This document shows positions 26,745 through 39,640 of a DNA stretch of 64,000 nucleotides, one piece after another. The notes below the pieces were generated by a model. It worked only from the letters and a program-made list of their open reading frames with translations. It did not search any database and was not told the DNA's origin. Positions within the stretch are counted from its first letter, which is position 1, and the number at the start of each line of letters is the position of its first letter. Origin of the DNA: Leucoraja ocellata (taxonomy: Eukaryota); the NCBI GenBank assembly GCA_036785375.1, contig JAWMAR010000201.1, forward strand, positions 1,178,001-1,242,000, read 5' to 3'. The position numbers and the translations under genes are program-made.

Positions 26745-27290
26745 ACAGTGTGGAAACAGGCCCTTCGGTCTAACTTGCCCACACCAGCCAACATATTCCT
26801 GCTACACTAGTCCCATCTACTAGAATTTGGTCCATATCCCTTCAAACCTGTGCTATTCGTGTAACTGTCTAACTGCTTCTTAATAGACAATGGACAATAG
26901 ACAATAGGTGCGGGAGTAGGCCATTTGGCCCTTCGAGCCAGCACCGCCATTCTATGTGATCTTGGCTGATCATCCCCAATCAGTGCCCCGTTCCTGCTTC
27001 TCCCCATATCCCCTGACTCCGGTATTTTTAAGAGCCCTATCTAGATCTCTCTTGAAAGCATCCAGAGAACCCTCCTCCACGGTCCTCTGAGGCAGAGAAT
27101 TCCACAGATTCACCACTCTCTGTGAGAAAATGTTGAGAGAGTCCCTGCCTCAACTACCTCCTCTGGCAGCTTGTTCCATACATCCACCGCACTTTGTCTA
27201 CAGATGTTAACCCCCAGATTCCTATTCAATCTTTTCTCCTTCACCTGAAACTTATGCCCTCTGGTCATCCATTCACCTACTCTGGGCAGT
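26745..27290 (-). mobile_element. Nested CR1 3' ends (younger copy about 26883-27130 inside an older one)
   Basis: two distinct 3' tails; the older element resumes after the insert (WNKLPEEVVEAG, TRGHKFQVK). Confidence 0.7.
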
Positions 27291-27599
27291 CCCACCTGCC
27301 CGTGTTTGGCAAATATCCATGCGAACATATCCCGTGGATTGTGATTGCGACTATTGTAAAGTCATCCTCGCGGTGGTTAATGGCAGTTTATGCATTATCT
27401 TTACTTTAGCGACTGTATCATTGCCGTGTGGCAGAAAAAAATAATTCCACAAATATGAAGATAAATACATATCCACAGAATGCTTCAGTGATGGTATAAA
27501 AGACAATGTTTCACTCCTCCATTTAATCCTCTATTTAATCGCTCCATTGGCAGAAAGTCAGATTATTGAAACATCAGCAGGTACATTTTTAAGTTATTA

Positions 27600-28964
27600 C
27601 TAGTTGCGGGGTGGGAGCGGGTGCTGCGGCTTCACATGCGTACTAACCACCCCCACACACACACAGGGGGGCGTGTGCGAGAGGGCTGTGGAAGGAGACG
27701 GGGTGGGGAGAGAGGAGGGAGGGGCGAGAGGGAGGGGGAGATGCGGGAGAGATTGGGGATGGGGAATAGAAGGGGGAATGGAGAGAAAGGGGGATGGGGA
27801 GAGAGCGTTAGGTAGTGGGAGGGGGAGAGAGGGAGATGGGGAGAGAGAGGGGGAGAGGGAGAGATAAAGTGGGAGAGGGGGGAGAGAGTGGGGGAGAGAT
27901 GGAGAGAGAGGGAGAGAGAGAGGAGAGAGATAGGGAAGAGAGAGGGGTATATGGGAGAGAGGGGGGAGAAAGAGAGAGTGGTGAGGGGGGGGAGGAAGGG
28001 GGGAGAGAGAGGGAGTGGCGAGAGAGAGATAGGGGAGAGAGGGGGGGAGAAAGAGAGAGAGTGGAGAGGGGAGAGAGGAGAGAGAGGGGGAGAGACACAG
28101 AGAGAGGGAGAGAGAGAGAGAGAGAGAGAGAGGGGGGAAGTGAGGGAGGTGGGGGAGAGAGGGGGGGGGGTCGCAAAATTTTTTCAATGCTCGCTTGCCC
28201 GTTCGCAAGGTTTTTTTCCAAAGGACTTGCGAGCGGCGCGACAGGCAGCGAGTTCGGTTTGCAGCGGGAATGAGGGAGGGGCGTGGTTTAACTCGCTGCG
28301 CCCGGGGCAGGTTTCCCAGAGGGAGTAATGGCCGCGAGGGCCACCTTCTCATCACGTGCCCCGCGCGACGATAGCGGCCGCCGCCGCTATGTTCTACCAT
28401 CGGGCGGGGAAAACGGAGATGATTCAGACGCAAGCCGGTGGCCTCCGGTGGCCGGGCGGTGGTGAGCGAGCGGGCGGCTGTGAGCGAGCGGCGGTGACCA
28501 CCAGATCTGCAGAACACTCGTTCTTTCTGCGCGTTTTGAATAAAGGGAGGGGGGTGGGGGCGTAACTTGACTCGTGGAAAACTGCGCATACGCGTTGACA
28601 GCAGTTTCATTAATCCACAGAGGTGGGGGCGGGGATCAGGAGGCAGGTGGGCCTCGATTGGTGGGCATGTGGGCATTGTGGCGTCAGCAGCTGACATGCG
28701 GCGATTATTGTTTTTAAAGTTAGTTTTGTGAACACCTTTATTCAAAATCTGGGGAAATAATTGACCAAATTTAGAGTGGAGTGGATTTCTGAAATCATAA
28801 GTTCAATCCCTACCGAAATATGTAAAAATCTCCGCGTTTATGCGTCTGCTTTTCGAACAGATACGTTTCACATGCAAAAGGACACACACACACACACGCG
28901 CGCGCACACACACACACGCACACGCACACGCACACACACACACAGAGTTTTAAAAGTGTATAGA
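27600..28964 (-). mobile_element. Putative non-autonomous Helitron with GA-rich and CA tracts
   Basis: on - strand starts A|TCTATACACTTTTAAAA then (TG)n and ends CTAG|T; no TSD seen; subterminal hairpin not convincing. Confidence 0.55.
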
Positions 28965-29449
28965 TATGATTATCTGAAAATGATCTAGGAATTGATTCAT
29001 TATCATCGAACCTTGAATGGTTCGACCGATCCGATTAAACATTGAACACGGCGAAATAAATGAGCGTGATATGTGGACTTTGACTTCATCGCAAATAGTT
29101 AAAGAATAGCATCTCGTTGTGAATGGGTGACCAGCAGCTGCTACAACCGGCTCAAGTCACGAGATCATATTTGTTTTGCTGCTGACTGGTTATTTACCAG
29201 GTTAGGGTTATATATGTTCGTTTCTAATTTGCACAATTCATACATGCTACCTTTTGGCCAGCGGTTTAGGAATCTCAAAATTATTTCCGTTTGTAGTTTT
29301 TAAACAATTCTTAGATGCACACTGACAAGCGGTATTGAGTCAAAAGCGGTATCATGATACGCTTTCCTTCTGGTTGTTAAGTGCGAACAGAGGTGTGAAT
29401 TCCAGGCATCGTGTACCATGGTGATTGTGAATGATGAACTTATGGATAG

Positions 29450-29650
29450 GCACAAAAAGCTCGAGTAACTCAGAGGGACAAGCAGCATCTCTGGAGAGAA
29501 TGATTGGGTGACGTTTCGTGTCGAGACCCTTCTTTGTCTCGATTCGAAACGTCACCCATTCGTTCTCTCCAGAGGCACTGCTTGTCCAGCTGAGTTACTC
29601 CAGCTTTTTGTGTTCGGTTTATACCAGCATCTTCAGTTCTTTCCTACACA
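29450..29650. repeat. Head-to-head inverted pair of Penelope pLTR fragments
   Basis: about 78-bp arms (29450-29527 / 29536-29612) reverse-complementary around a short loop. Confidence 0.8.
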
Positions 29651-29829
29651 TGGACTAATGATTGACAGTTATCTGTCCACTCTCCAATAGTATTTCAAAC
29701 GTACGCCAATTAGAACAAACGTTGTATTTAAATGTGTAACCGATGTTGCTTCTGCTTCTGCTCCTGCTCCTGCCAACTTAAAAATGTTGTTATTGGGATA
29801 TTCAACTGTTCATTGTTTTTTCGTCATAG

Positions 29830-29865
29830 ACATTGAAGAACTGACCTATGCTTTAAAAAAAGCAG
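29830..29865 (+). CDS. 36-nt A micro-exon, (D)IEELTYALKKA
   Basis: ttgttttttcgtcatag|...GCAG|gtgggg. Confidence 0.85.
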
Positions 29866-30496
29866 GTGGGGAAGAGAGCGATTTACCTGACATTGATTAT
29901 TTCCGTGTCCTCAACTACGACATATACGTATTGGCACGAAGATTAAACGATAAAGATAAGGAATATTGTTCAAATTGGATCAAATAATCAATCCATCGTT
30001 GGAGCTATTGCAAATAAAGTACCGCTTCTGTAATATCACCTGTGAGCTTACGCGATATAACTGCGTTTTCTGGCGCTTCCTCGTAATTACCCACGATCCA
30101 ATGGCAGCATTAATTTGAATGTGTGGGTAGATTTTAAGAGTAACGCGCGATAATGCTGCCCAGTCTCGACAGAGTAGGCACACAAGTCGCTGTCAACGTA
30201 ATTCTTTGGTTGTAATGTAAACCTACAATTTAACAAAAACTGCTTGAAACAGAGTGGATATATACGATGGGGTCAGTTGGTTTACATCCCGATCACCAAA
30301 TAAGGGGGGGGGGGGGGGGGGGGGCGCGGAAATATCAGAAACGTTTGAGTCACAATGTGATAATTCCTACGCCATTGTAAATTGATTTTGCTTCGTGAAG
30401 GATCATAGTACCATGAGTTGCAATACGCAAGCACACATTCATAATAAGTATCGTGATTTAAATCCTGTGTCTTTTTCTTTGAAAATTGGTTTGCAG

Positions 30497-30523
30497 GAGA
30501 TCTTTTAAAACATTGTCGGGAAG
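30497..30523 (+). CDS. 27-nt B micro-exon, (G)DLLKHCRE
   Basis: ggtttgcag|...GAAG|gtaagt. Confidence 0.88.
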
Positions 30524-30751
30524 GTAAGTAAGATCAAGGCGAATACATCTTAATTATTTCTTCTGTCTGGGCGTCCAGACATTGCACATATGCCGTATAT
30601 ATAAAAGCCGCGTAAGAATTGGGCGTTGTTCGTGTATGGGTTTTGAATATATTGATCCACACGGAATAATAACAGATCAAGGTTTGGCACAACATTTTGT
30701 GGTCATTATGGCAGAAACATATTTGACATATATATCTGGGAATAATAACAG

Positions 30752-30778
30752 TTCTACGCAATTTCAGCTTGACCAATG
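30752..30778 (+). CDS. 27-nt C micro-exon, (V)LRNFSLTN
   Basis: aataacag|...AATG|gtaaat; weak pyrimidine tract but correct length and position. Confidence 0.55.
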
Positions 30779-31616
30779 GTAAATCAACCGAGTCTCATGG
30801 TTTCAGGATCCAGAAAAATATAAATAAAACACTTAGAGTGTCGTGGATGTAAAGGAAACACATTTCGGGAAAATTCCGCTGACAAACATAATGATATCCT
30901 CGACGACATTTAAATGCAAACCATGAATACGTGTAGAACAACTTAACAAATGACTGTACATTTAGAAATCACAATTTTATTGTACAATGTCATGCGAGTA
31001 ACAACAATGTTGTACTTCTCTTCTTTCGTGTGGCGTGCACAGCCTAAAGTTGTAGGACAACTTGCTCTATTTGATCTTCCGTTTGTGCACGTCGAGTTGA
31101 TTACATCAGTCGAAACAGGGCGGACCACGTGAAGGTTGCAATCTTCCACCCCAACAATGTTGTACGTTTCTTGTCTATTGATTGATGACAAATTGTCTGT
31201 GCTTTAATGTAATTCTACATATCCATTGATTTTCATCAAACGCAAAATGCTGTTTGGTAACTCAGAACAAAAAAGTCCTGAAGTCACAACTAATGGTTTG
31301 CGATGCAATAATTCGTCCGAAAAATGTCATGTGAGACAGCTGTGTGAAACGCTCCTAGATGCTTCCGGGGAGTTAAGTCAGAACAGGATATTAGTATGCT
31401 AACAATCTTAAGGGTATCATGCTTCATCCAGGTAGCCATTTTGCTGTTTAGCCGTTTGTCCGTTCAATAACAAACTAGCCCAGTATGATGCGAACATGGA
31501 AACAAAAGATTGTTCGAATAATAAGCAAACTATTATACTGCCTTGCAGTAGTTACACTTCAGGTTATATTAAACTGAGAAATGCGACGTAAATATTCATC
31601 ATTATGCACGTTTCAG

Positions 31617-31652
31617 AAATGAAAAAGATGAGGGCGGCTCTAAAGAATACAG
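31617..31652 (+). CDS. 36-nt A micro-exon, (E)MKKMRAALKNT
   Basis: gcacgtttcag|...ACAG|gtaact. Confidence 0.88.
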
Positions 31653-32169
31653 GTAACTCCGAAGCTATGCAGTGCCAAGTCGTAAAACAAACGCACACAT
31701 ACGCAGACATGCGCGCGCACAAATCTACACACTCGAGGATGCGTTCTCAGACAATACAATGCGCCATATATACTGACGGCTTCACGACCAAATCGGTTTG
31801 CAGATGTCACCACTATGGTGGGCCTGGAGCACGAAATATTACGAGATCGGAGTGCATGAATGAGATTGAGAATATAGTAAGTTGGTGAATGGACAACAGC
31901 ATCTCTCTCATCGTCAGCAAAAATGATGCTCGTTCTCAAGTACAGGAAGCGTGGCGGTGTACATGCTAAAATCAATACCAATATTTAGAAAGTGGACATA
32001 TTTCAGAGCTTCATATCCCTTGACCTAATTATTGCCAACGATATAGCGTCCAATGCCTTTACTTTCTCAGTAGACTGAATAATTTAGGAATGTCTTCTTC
32101 AAACTAGTACACGCACATCGTGTAAACCATACATATTGCCTCACAGCTTGTTTTGGGAATAGTTATGCC

Positions 32170-32430
32170 CAAGCCCACAAGCAATTGGAAAGAGCTGTGG
32201 ATGTAGCCCAGTCAACCCAGGACCGGGCTCCTCACCACGGACTCCATCTACAAATCGCGCTACATTGAGAAAGTAGCCAACGTAATCAATACTTACACCA
32301 CCACAATCTTTCCCTTTTTATCTCCGTCACGGTCGGACAGGAGATACAGAAGATTAAAAGCGCACAAAACCAGACTCAGGAAAAACTTCTTCCCGTCTCC
32401 GGTCGGTCTTCTAAACGGCCCTACCATATG
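32170..32430 (+). mobile_element. Old Rex1/Babar-like LINE 3' fragment
   Basis: gtcggacaggagatacagaagattaaaagcgcacaaaaccagactcaggaaaaacttcttccc (SGRRYRS...TRLRNSFFP-like). Confidence 0.6.
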
Positions 32431-33789
32431 CTGGGGTACTGTCCAATTCAATATTTCTCATTGCGGACTGCACCTTGTTTCTGAAACCGGTGCGCTACAA
32501 TGCAGCGAAGTATTTCATGTACTCCGTGCCTTTCCATTTACTCTACCAAATGCATTTTATTTTTTCTTGAATGTACTTTATTGTATTTACTATTATTTAC
32601 TCGGCTACGAATTATTACCTTGCGGCACAGATTATGCATGCAACTGAAAAAGGAATGATGCCGAACAGTTTTGGCCACTGACATCAAAACCCACGCATGA
32701 ACTTTGTCAACCCGGATGAAACCTAACGTACGGATTTGTAGAAACGGCGGAATGCTGTCTCAGGGACACATACTGCATCCTTCATATCACATTGGAGTCA
32801 AGAATATATAATCCAATGGAACGTTAACTAAAACAAGCGCTCGAGGATGAAAACCAGAATAAATGCGTCTTTCGTTCTTTCCTACTTCTTGCACTATTTT
32901 GCCTGGGAGACGTGACATTGAGGTCTCCAATTATTTCATGCCCATGAATTCCACACATAATACTGTATTTGATAATCCGTCGTATTCCATTGCGATTTTT
33001 CATTGATTCCACTGACAAATTTCAATGCAATACCACTCGCTGATTAATATCGAACATTCAAATAGCTTTAGGATCATAACAGTGATTACACTGACATCTT
33101 GCGAGCGAAACCTTTCGATAATTATTTTATTGAAAATCACGGCATGATAAACTAACAATTACAGAAAAAGGCAGCGCACTTATGTTTTTTTTCCTTGCCA
33201 AATTATTTCACATCTCCATTGCACAGTGGACATTTTTCAGTCTGCTCGCTTTATCACAACGCGTACACCCATTTTTTTTACGCACCATTTTATGTAATTT
33301 TCAACCAGAATGGTCGGGGCGATATCTTGGCCAACCACTTAGATGCTGCCGCACCCGCTGAGTTTCTCCAGCATTTTTGTCTACCTTCGATTTTCCAGCA
33401 TCTGCAGTTACTTCTTAAACACTTTTTTTAAAATTGTTTCCCGGTTAAACCTTCATGATGTTTAAATCCAATTGCTCTATAAATCTTTTCTATTCATTTG
33501 CGTATCCGCATCACTGGCTTGGAATGACATTTGCAACACTTTCCATCTTGAATGCCTGATGATGAGTAGCCGCAACGTGCGCAACAGGTCTCTAAATTAC
33601 AACGGGCGCGAACGCTAAAACATTGGGATTAAATTAATTTTCGCACATTCTACACCCGATGGTCCAATAGACTGAAAACTTAATATACGCCCGAACAGAC
33701 GTCGTATTGTGAATTCTCATTTCATAAAATAACGAGCACGCTATTTCTGCCTAATATATCGATCAATTTCCCCAAGTATATGATCACCG

Positions 33790-34218
33790 AAGAGCTCGCA
33801 GTCTCGGGCAGTGACTGATTTCTAGAAGCTCCAAGTCGCAGGGGGTTCGACAAGCCCCGACTCGGGGAGTCCTAGCAACCGACGCGGGGAGCTGTGATCC
33901 GCCCGATGCGGTAGCTTGATCCCCCGATGCTGAGGGCTCGACCTCTGGTTGCGGGAGCCAAGATCGCTCCGTCAACGGAAGGTCCGAGGGCCCCGACCGC
34001 GGGAGAACAAAGAAGGGGAGGAGATTTAACTCTTTTTTTTGCCTTCCATCACAGTAAGGAATGTGGGGGAGTCGCTGTGGTGGATGTCCATGTTAAAAAT
34101 ATATTTGGGTGTCTTGTTGTTCTTTATTGGTATGACTGACCAATCACAGTCTGAATTTCACTACCTTAATTGGTACATGCGATAATAAACTGACCTTGAA
34201 ACATTGAAACCTTGAAAC
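33790..34218 (+). mobile_element. Unclassified GC-rich non-autonomous retroelement with aataaa and (cttgaaa)n-like tail
   Basis: shares ttttgccttccatcacag...ggatgt motif with the - strand element at 44935-45650. Confidence 0.5.
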
Positions 34219-34265
34219 GTTCGCTGCTACGATTGTGGTGATTATATTCATTTATGCTTCATCCG

Positions 34266-34292
34266 GAAGTAGATTATGGCAGTGTCAGAAAG
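34266..34292 (+). pseudogene. B-type micro-exon with mutated acceptor (cg instead of ag), (G)SRLWQCQK
   Basis: gcttcatccg|GAAGTAGATTATGGCAGTGTCAGAAAG|gtaaac; matches B consensus; 97 nt before the C exon. Confidence 0.65.
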
Positions 34293-34389
34293 GTAAACGA
34301 GAGGAAAATATTGCTGTCGATATCTTATTTATCCTCTTAACACTACCAGAAAATAAATAATTTGATTTGTTTCACCCTTTTCAACACAG

Positions 34390-34416
34390 AGCGAAATGGA
34401 CAGTCTGTAGCTAATG
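34390..34416 (+). CDS. 27-nt C micro-exon, (E)RNGQSVAN
   Basis: cccttttcaacacag|...AATG|gtgagt. Confidence 0.85.
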
Positions 34417-35329
34417 GTGAGTTACAGAAGTTATATTGTCTCTTTGATCAAACCATTCACATTATTGGTGTTACCTCTTCGTGAATCTCTGACAGCAGTA
34501 TATTGCTAATTCCCTTACCGTCAATTGCTTTTATCGTTTCATTCCCTCGCAGTCCGACTGCTGGCAACAGGGAAAGTGCATTCCAGAATACCAGTCCTCT
34601 TCCGCCTGATCTGTATTTTACAACAATGATTGAAGTATTTTTCCGATAGCAATCTTGTAGGTAAACGTTTCTGTGAGAAGAAAACTATAACCAAACACAA
34701 CTGATGTGACAGTCTAATGGAAAGATGATCATGTGCGATATACCTTAAGCATGATATATCTTGCGGATATACATGACGAGAGTGTGTGTCCAGACATTCC
34801 CATAAGAGTGTATAGTCAGCTAAATTGGCAAACAAATTGAGAAGAGTGGAAGGGAGTACTGAACTAAATGTGTTCAATGCACGCTATAAACGGAATAATG
34901 TGGATGAGTAGAAAGGAACTGCAGGTGCTGGGTTATACCGAATAAATTTGTGTCTAGATCAAATGGATGAGCTTATAGCCGAATCAGAAATTGGTCGATA
35001 CTAAATTGTATCTAAATCAGAGCTGAGAAATGGGCACGCAGGGATACACATCATTTCGAAATTATACGATATAAAGATGACGGATATGTTTAGAATTATG
35101 TCAACTAACCAATCTGTCGATTGAGCTATTGCATCCTATAAAAGCTATAGACATGTTGGCAAAGGGTGTGGAGTGTCTCTGCTGGTAAGGAATGCAATGA
35201 AAGCCTTGTCAACAGGCGACAGGACCAGCAAGTGTCGAAGCCTTGTGGGTTGAGCAAGGGTAAAAATACCACGATGGGAGATATCTACAGGCCTCCGAAC
35301 AGTAGCCTGGATGAAGGGTACAAATTACA

Positions 35330-35790
35330 TCCTTTTAGATTTTATAAATACATAAAGGGGAAAATGATACCTAGACAGAGGGTGGGACCTCCCAGGAATC
35401 AAAGCGGTCACCTCTGTGTGGAGCCACAGGAGATGGGCAACGCCCTCAATGAGTATTTCTGCTCTGCATTTACCGAAGAGAAAGACAGCAGGATGGAGGA
35501 ATTTGCGGCAGTCAATTGAAGTCTCTTGAGAGCAGTGGGTATTACCGTCCAAGATGTACTATCGTGTATGAATGTAGACAAATCTCCAGGGCCTGATCAG
35601 ATATATCCGAGGACATTGAGGCAAACTAGAGCTTGCGGGAGCCCTGGTAGAAATTTACGAGCTGTCCTCCAATACATGAGAGACAATGGACAATAGACTA
35701 TAGACAATAGGTGCAGGAGTAGGCTATTCGGCCCTTCGAGCCAGCACCTCCATTTAATGTGATAATGGCTGATCATCCCCAATCAGTACC
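35330..35790. mobile_element. CR1 ORF2 fragment (+) followed by CR1 3' end (-)
   Basis: RFYKYIKGK...RVGP...EPQEMGNALNEYFCSAFTEEKD; DKSPGPDQIYPR. Confidence 0.8.
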
Positions 35791-36164
35791 CCGGTCATGG
35801 TGGCAGGTGAGTGGAACATTAAAGCGTGGGGGGGGGGGGGGGGCTGTTGTCACATGGTACAGGGGGGAAGGGGAAGACCTAGCGGAACACCCACTGAGGT
35901 TCCCTGTGTTGGGGGGAGCATTGGGACCCCGTGGTGCGAGAGTCTGCAGCGTGGAGACTGCAGGCCCGGTGCTGAGCCTCAGACTCAGGTAATGCGACGG
36001 CTGCGGCCCACTGGTGGAGAGGCGAGGGTTGGTGGAGCCATTGCTGGAGGCCCGCGGGGATGGAGTCCCGGTCAGCGGCCGAGTCGGCTGCGTGTCCGTT
36101 ATTCCGACTTTTTTTTTTGGTGTGTCCAAATGTTCGGTTTGGTGTCTCCCGGTGTGTCTTATGT

Positions 36165-36170
36165 GCGCGC

Positions 36171-36216
<46 letters not shown>

Positions 36217-36235
36217 AGGGGGGGGGGGGGGGGTG
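36165..36235. repeat. (GT)n microsatellite plus poly-G
   Basis: direct reading. Confidence 0.95.
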
Positions 36236-37309
36236 GTGAAACCGTTCTTCACTTACTTCCTCGACTGAGGCGACTTTTTCCATGTCGCTTCTCAGCCTCC
36301 CCTCTCGCGGCCTGGCAGCTTGGATTGGAGCAGCCTTTCCCGGAGTCGGGTCCAAAGCTTGCAATAATAATAATACATTTTATTTATGGGCGCCTTTCAA
36401 GAGTCTCAAGGACACCGTACAAAAATTTAGCAGGTAGAGGAAAAACATGTAAGGGGAATGATATAAATAGTAGAGACATGACTAGTACACAAAGTAAAGA
36501 CAGAATTCAATTCAATTGTGTATTGTGTATTCTTTCACATCTATGCAAATCACATCTAAGTAACACGACCAATATTTTAATTTAAATGATGAGACAGGGT
36601 GCAGCACGGCATCTTCATTATGGAATAAGGCGCAGACAGGGATTTTGCTGTTCACACTCTCAGCGACCAATCTTAATTACCGTCCCACGTGCGATCTGAC
36701 TGGATAAGCAAGTACTCCCTAAATTCGCACAGGTTTACCTCCAGGTAATCAGTTTCTTTCAAGATGTTCAAAAACTAGTGGATTGTGAGGGTCATCAGTT
36801 TCTCCAAGTTTTATCTAAGACAGGCAGAGCTGAGGTAACCTAACTTGTGGGGAGCCGTACAGGGACTACATTGGTAGAGTTGCCTGGAGATTATCGAACA
36901 AAATTATTGTTCAAACTGTCAGAATGAAGACGTGTTTACGTCCTCCCACGGCATTAGTCCATGGACGTTATCTGCACTTTACATTATTTTTGCAAAAAAA
37001 AAGTATTTGATTCTTGTTTCTCCTAGAATTATTAATTCTATGTTCGCAGTTGAACCACTTATCTTCTATCAAGTTCATCATTTTGCTATTTAAGTCCCTG
37101 CGATGGTCATTGTTATTTTTTGCCATTTCATATAGTTGTCAATACGTTCTTGGCATCCCGAGGGAAAAGAAAACTATTTCTATTAATTCCTCTATTTTCA
37201 ATACTATATAGATAGAACGGCCGAACATCACAGATTGTTAATAAAAATGCAGACCAGTAAAAACGAACAGATTAAATTAAGCAAATACGTCGTCAATTCC
37301 TCTTTGCAG

Positions 37310-37345
37310 ATATCAATAAATTGAAGGACATTCTCAGAGATTTAG
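37310..37345 (+). CDS. 36-nt A micro-exon, (D)INKLKDILRDL
   Basis: ttcctctttgcag|...TTAG|gtgagt. Confidence 0.9.
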
Positions 37346-39495
37346 GTGAGTAAAATCAGTTAACCAGTGAGGCTATCGGAAGAGAACTTGCTTCTGTGCA
37401 ACTTTATCAGAATGTGAAAACAAAACTATGTATTGAAGTGTACGGAACTATGTTATACCTTCCGTTTTGATTAGCTGAGGTCATATTATGTTTACATTTT
37501 ATATTGTTTGGCGGCAACATTCAAATTGTACCCGCTTCTGCTTTGAACGCTTTTTTTCTTCATAGATATGATCGGTCTATCTCAGAAAATGTCTGATTAC
37601 GAGACTATTTGATATAGGGGTATACCATCGAATTCATAAATTTATTTGAATGTACTGCTCAAATAGTCAATGCACTGACTTTTGCCTTGGACATTCTCAA
37701 GAGTTCCGGCTAATGTACGATTTCCCCCCTCTGAAGTCAACGAGGCTCTCACGAATGTGCAGCCAACAGCTGGCAAAGTCTTCCAAAACCTCCACATGCG
37801 ACCAATAACCAACTATGACAAAAGCCGGCTCCTCTTGAAAATATCATTATTTGAGTAAAAAAGACGTAGTTTGGATTTGCAGAGATCAAATGGCCACTCG
37901 GTTTAGTCTGGATATTCCTCCCCAACACATTAAAAAGAATGAATGGAGCATTTCACGTAACCAACTCATCAACATTTCTTAGAAATTAGACATGGGGAAT
38001 AATTGTTGAGCTTAACAGGGAAACCTAGATTTAAAAAAAAAATAATATTTGAAAAATATATCAAACTGGAAAAGGATCGAGCTAAACTGTCTTGTGTCTG
38101 CTGCGTGGGTGGCTATATCACGGTCAATTTGCATTGGTGTTAGTTACATGTTCCATTGTGAACAAACCTGAATTACCCTGACGTATCTTATCAGTCTGCA
38201 GTTACTTTATGCTGTCTGGGATCATGCTTTTTGACCCATGGACTTTTGCCACCACAAAGCATCCGTTCCTAGCAGTTATGCATCAATCTTAAGAACCACG
38301 CATACATTTCAGCTTCACATCTTCAGGTATCACTATTCACATTATACACGAAAATAAATATAAACATCCTAAAATAGAATATTTATCTGATAATATATTC
38401 ATCAAGAGCGGCCATGTTTGAGGACGGCCGCAGCTTTAATCTTAGCTCGATGAATCCGGTAACCCTACATGTAAGGGAATAGTAATTACAATCACACAAG
38501 ACTGTGTCTTATAATTGGCACTTTACGTGGCTCGATCTAGTACTTCCGATCCCTCTCGTTTTCAACGCTCTACCAATGGCGTTTTCAGATAACTATACAA
38601 CATTGTCAAATTTAGAGGACAATTAGCCGGTCATAACTTTCACGACTGCTCTTCGATGGTGCTTTACCGGAACTGTTTTATCGTTTCATTTAACGTGAAC
38701 TTTGGCTACGAATTTCAACAGGCCAACGTTCTATTAATTTCGCAGAATGCATCTTGAACTTACCAGCATTAGATTCAAATGAGATAACATTTTGTATTTT
38801 TATTTCGAAACAACTTCATTCAGTGGGTTTAATTATACCGATGCAATTTTCTCTGACTGCGACTTTACAAACACGAATATCTCACTTTGAACTTGGATTT
38901 TCATAGATTCCCTTCAATGTCTGTGTTCAGGTTTAGTCTTCAGTTACTACCTACCGAGTCATATATGCTTGGTGTATGCATGCAGTGCATATTTCCTCCC
39001 ATGTTCTGTCAGCTATATGCATACAGCAATATTGCACAGGAGAAACTACTATGGCAACATCATCAGAGAAAACACGATCGCCATTGTATGCTTCTTTATT
39101 TACCTCGGCGTTTTGCTGCACAAGAGTTAATTCTATTTTATCCAATCTTTGGATATTACTCTAACACTGTTTCCCAAACGCCACAAGTGTCAGGGGTACA
39201 TTGTCCCTTTTCTTTTTGAAGTTCGTATTGTACAAAATAATTCCAACGCACATATCATGCTTTATGCCAGGCAGCTATGTATTGGTTGTAATCTATCTAA
39301 TCTGGAGTGTATCAAAAGGGTGATTTAGTGACCATCACATCATAAGGGAAGTGTCGATAGTTTGGATGTGCAGGCGGCTATAATCATATTTTATGTTCGT
39401 GTGAATTATTAACATTTGAGTACGTTTTCTTCCATTGGCATATATCACCAAACAATACGTGACACATACTTAAATCCTTTTTTTTTGCTCTTCAG

Positions 39496-39516
39496 AAGAA
39501 AGATTGCGCCAAGAAG
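39496..39516 (+). CDS. 21-nt B micro-exon, (E)ERLRQE
   Basis: ttttttgctcttcag|...GAAG|gtaagt. Confidence 0.9.
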
Positions 39517-39613
39517 GTAAGTAGAAATCAAAACGTGGACTGGCGGACAACGGCTGTATACGATGTAGATCTCCAAGGCTTGTGTGTAACATTTTGAATA
39601 TCATCGTTTTCAG

Positions 39614-39640
39614 AGCTGAAGAATGTATGCAAAAGCAAAG
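39614..39640 (+). CDS. 27-nt C micro-exon, (E)LKNVCKSK
   Basis: tcatcgttttcag|...AAAG|gttagg. Confidence 0.85.

Noticed and set aside
27600-28745. 381-aa ORF on - strand (longest in the track)
   Set aside because: Stays open only because of a low-complexity CT/GA tract within a repeat; Pro/Ser/Leu-rich with no domain.
35773-36585. Overlapping 159-262 aa ORFs
   Set aside because: GC-rich repeat plus (GT)n and poly-G tracts; no coding signature.
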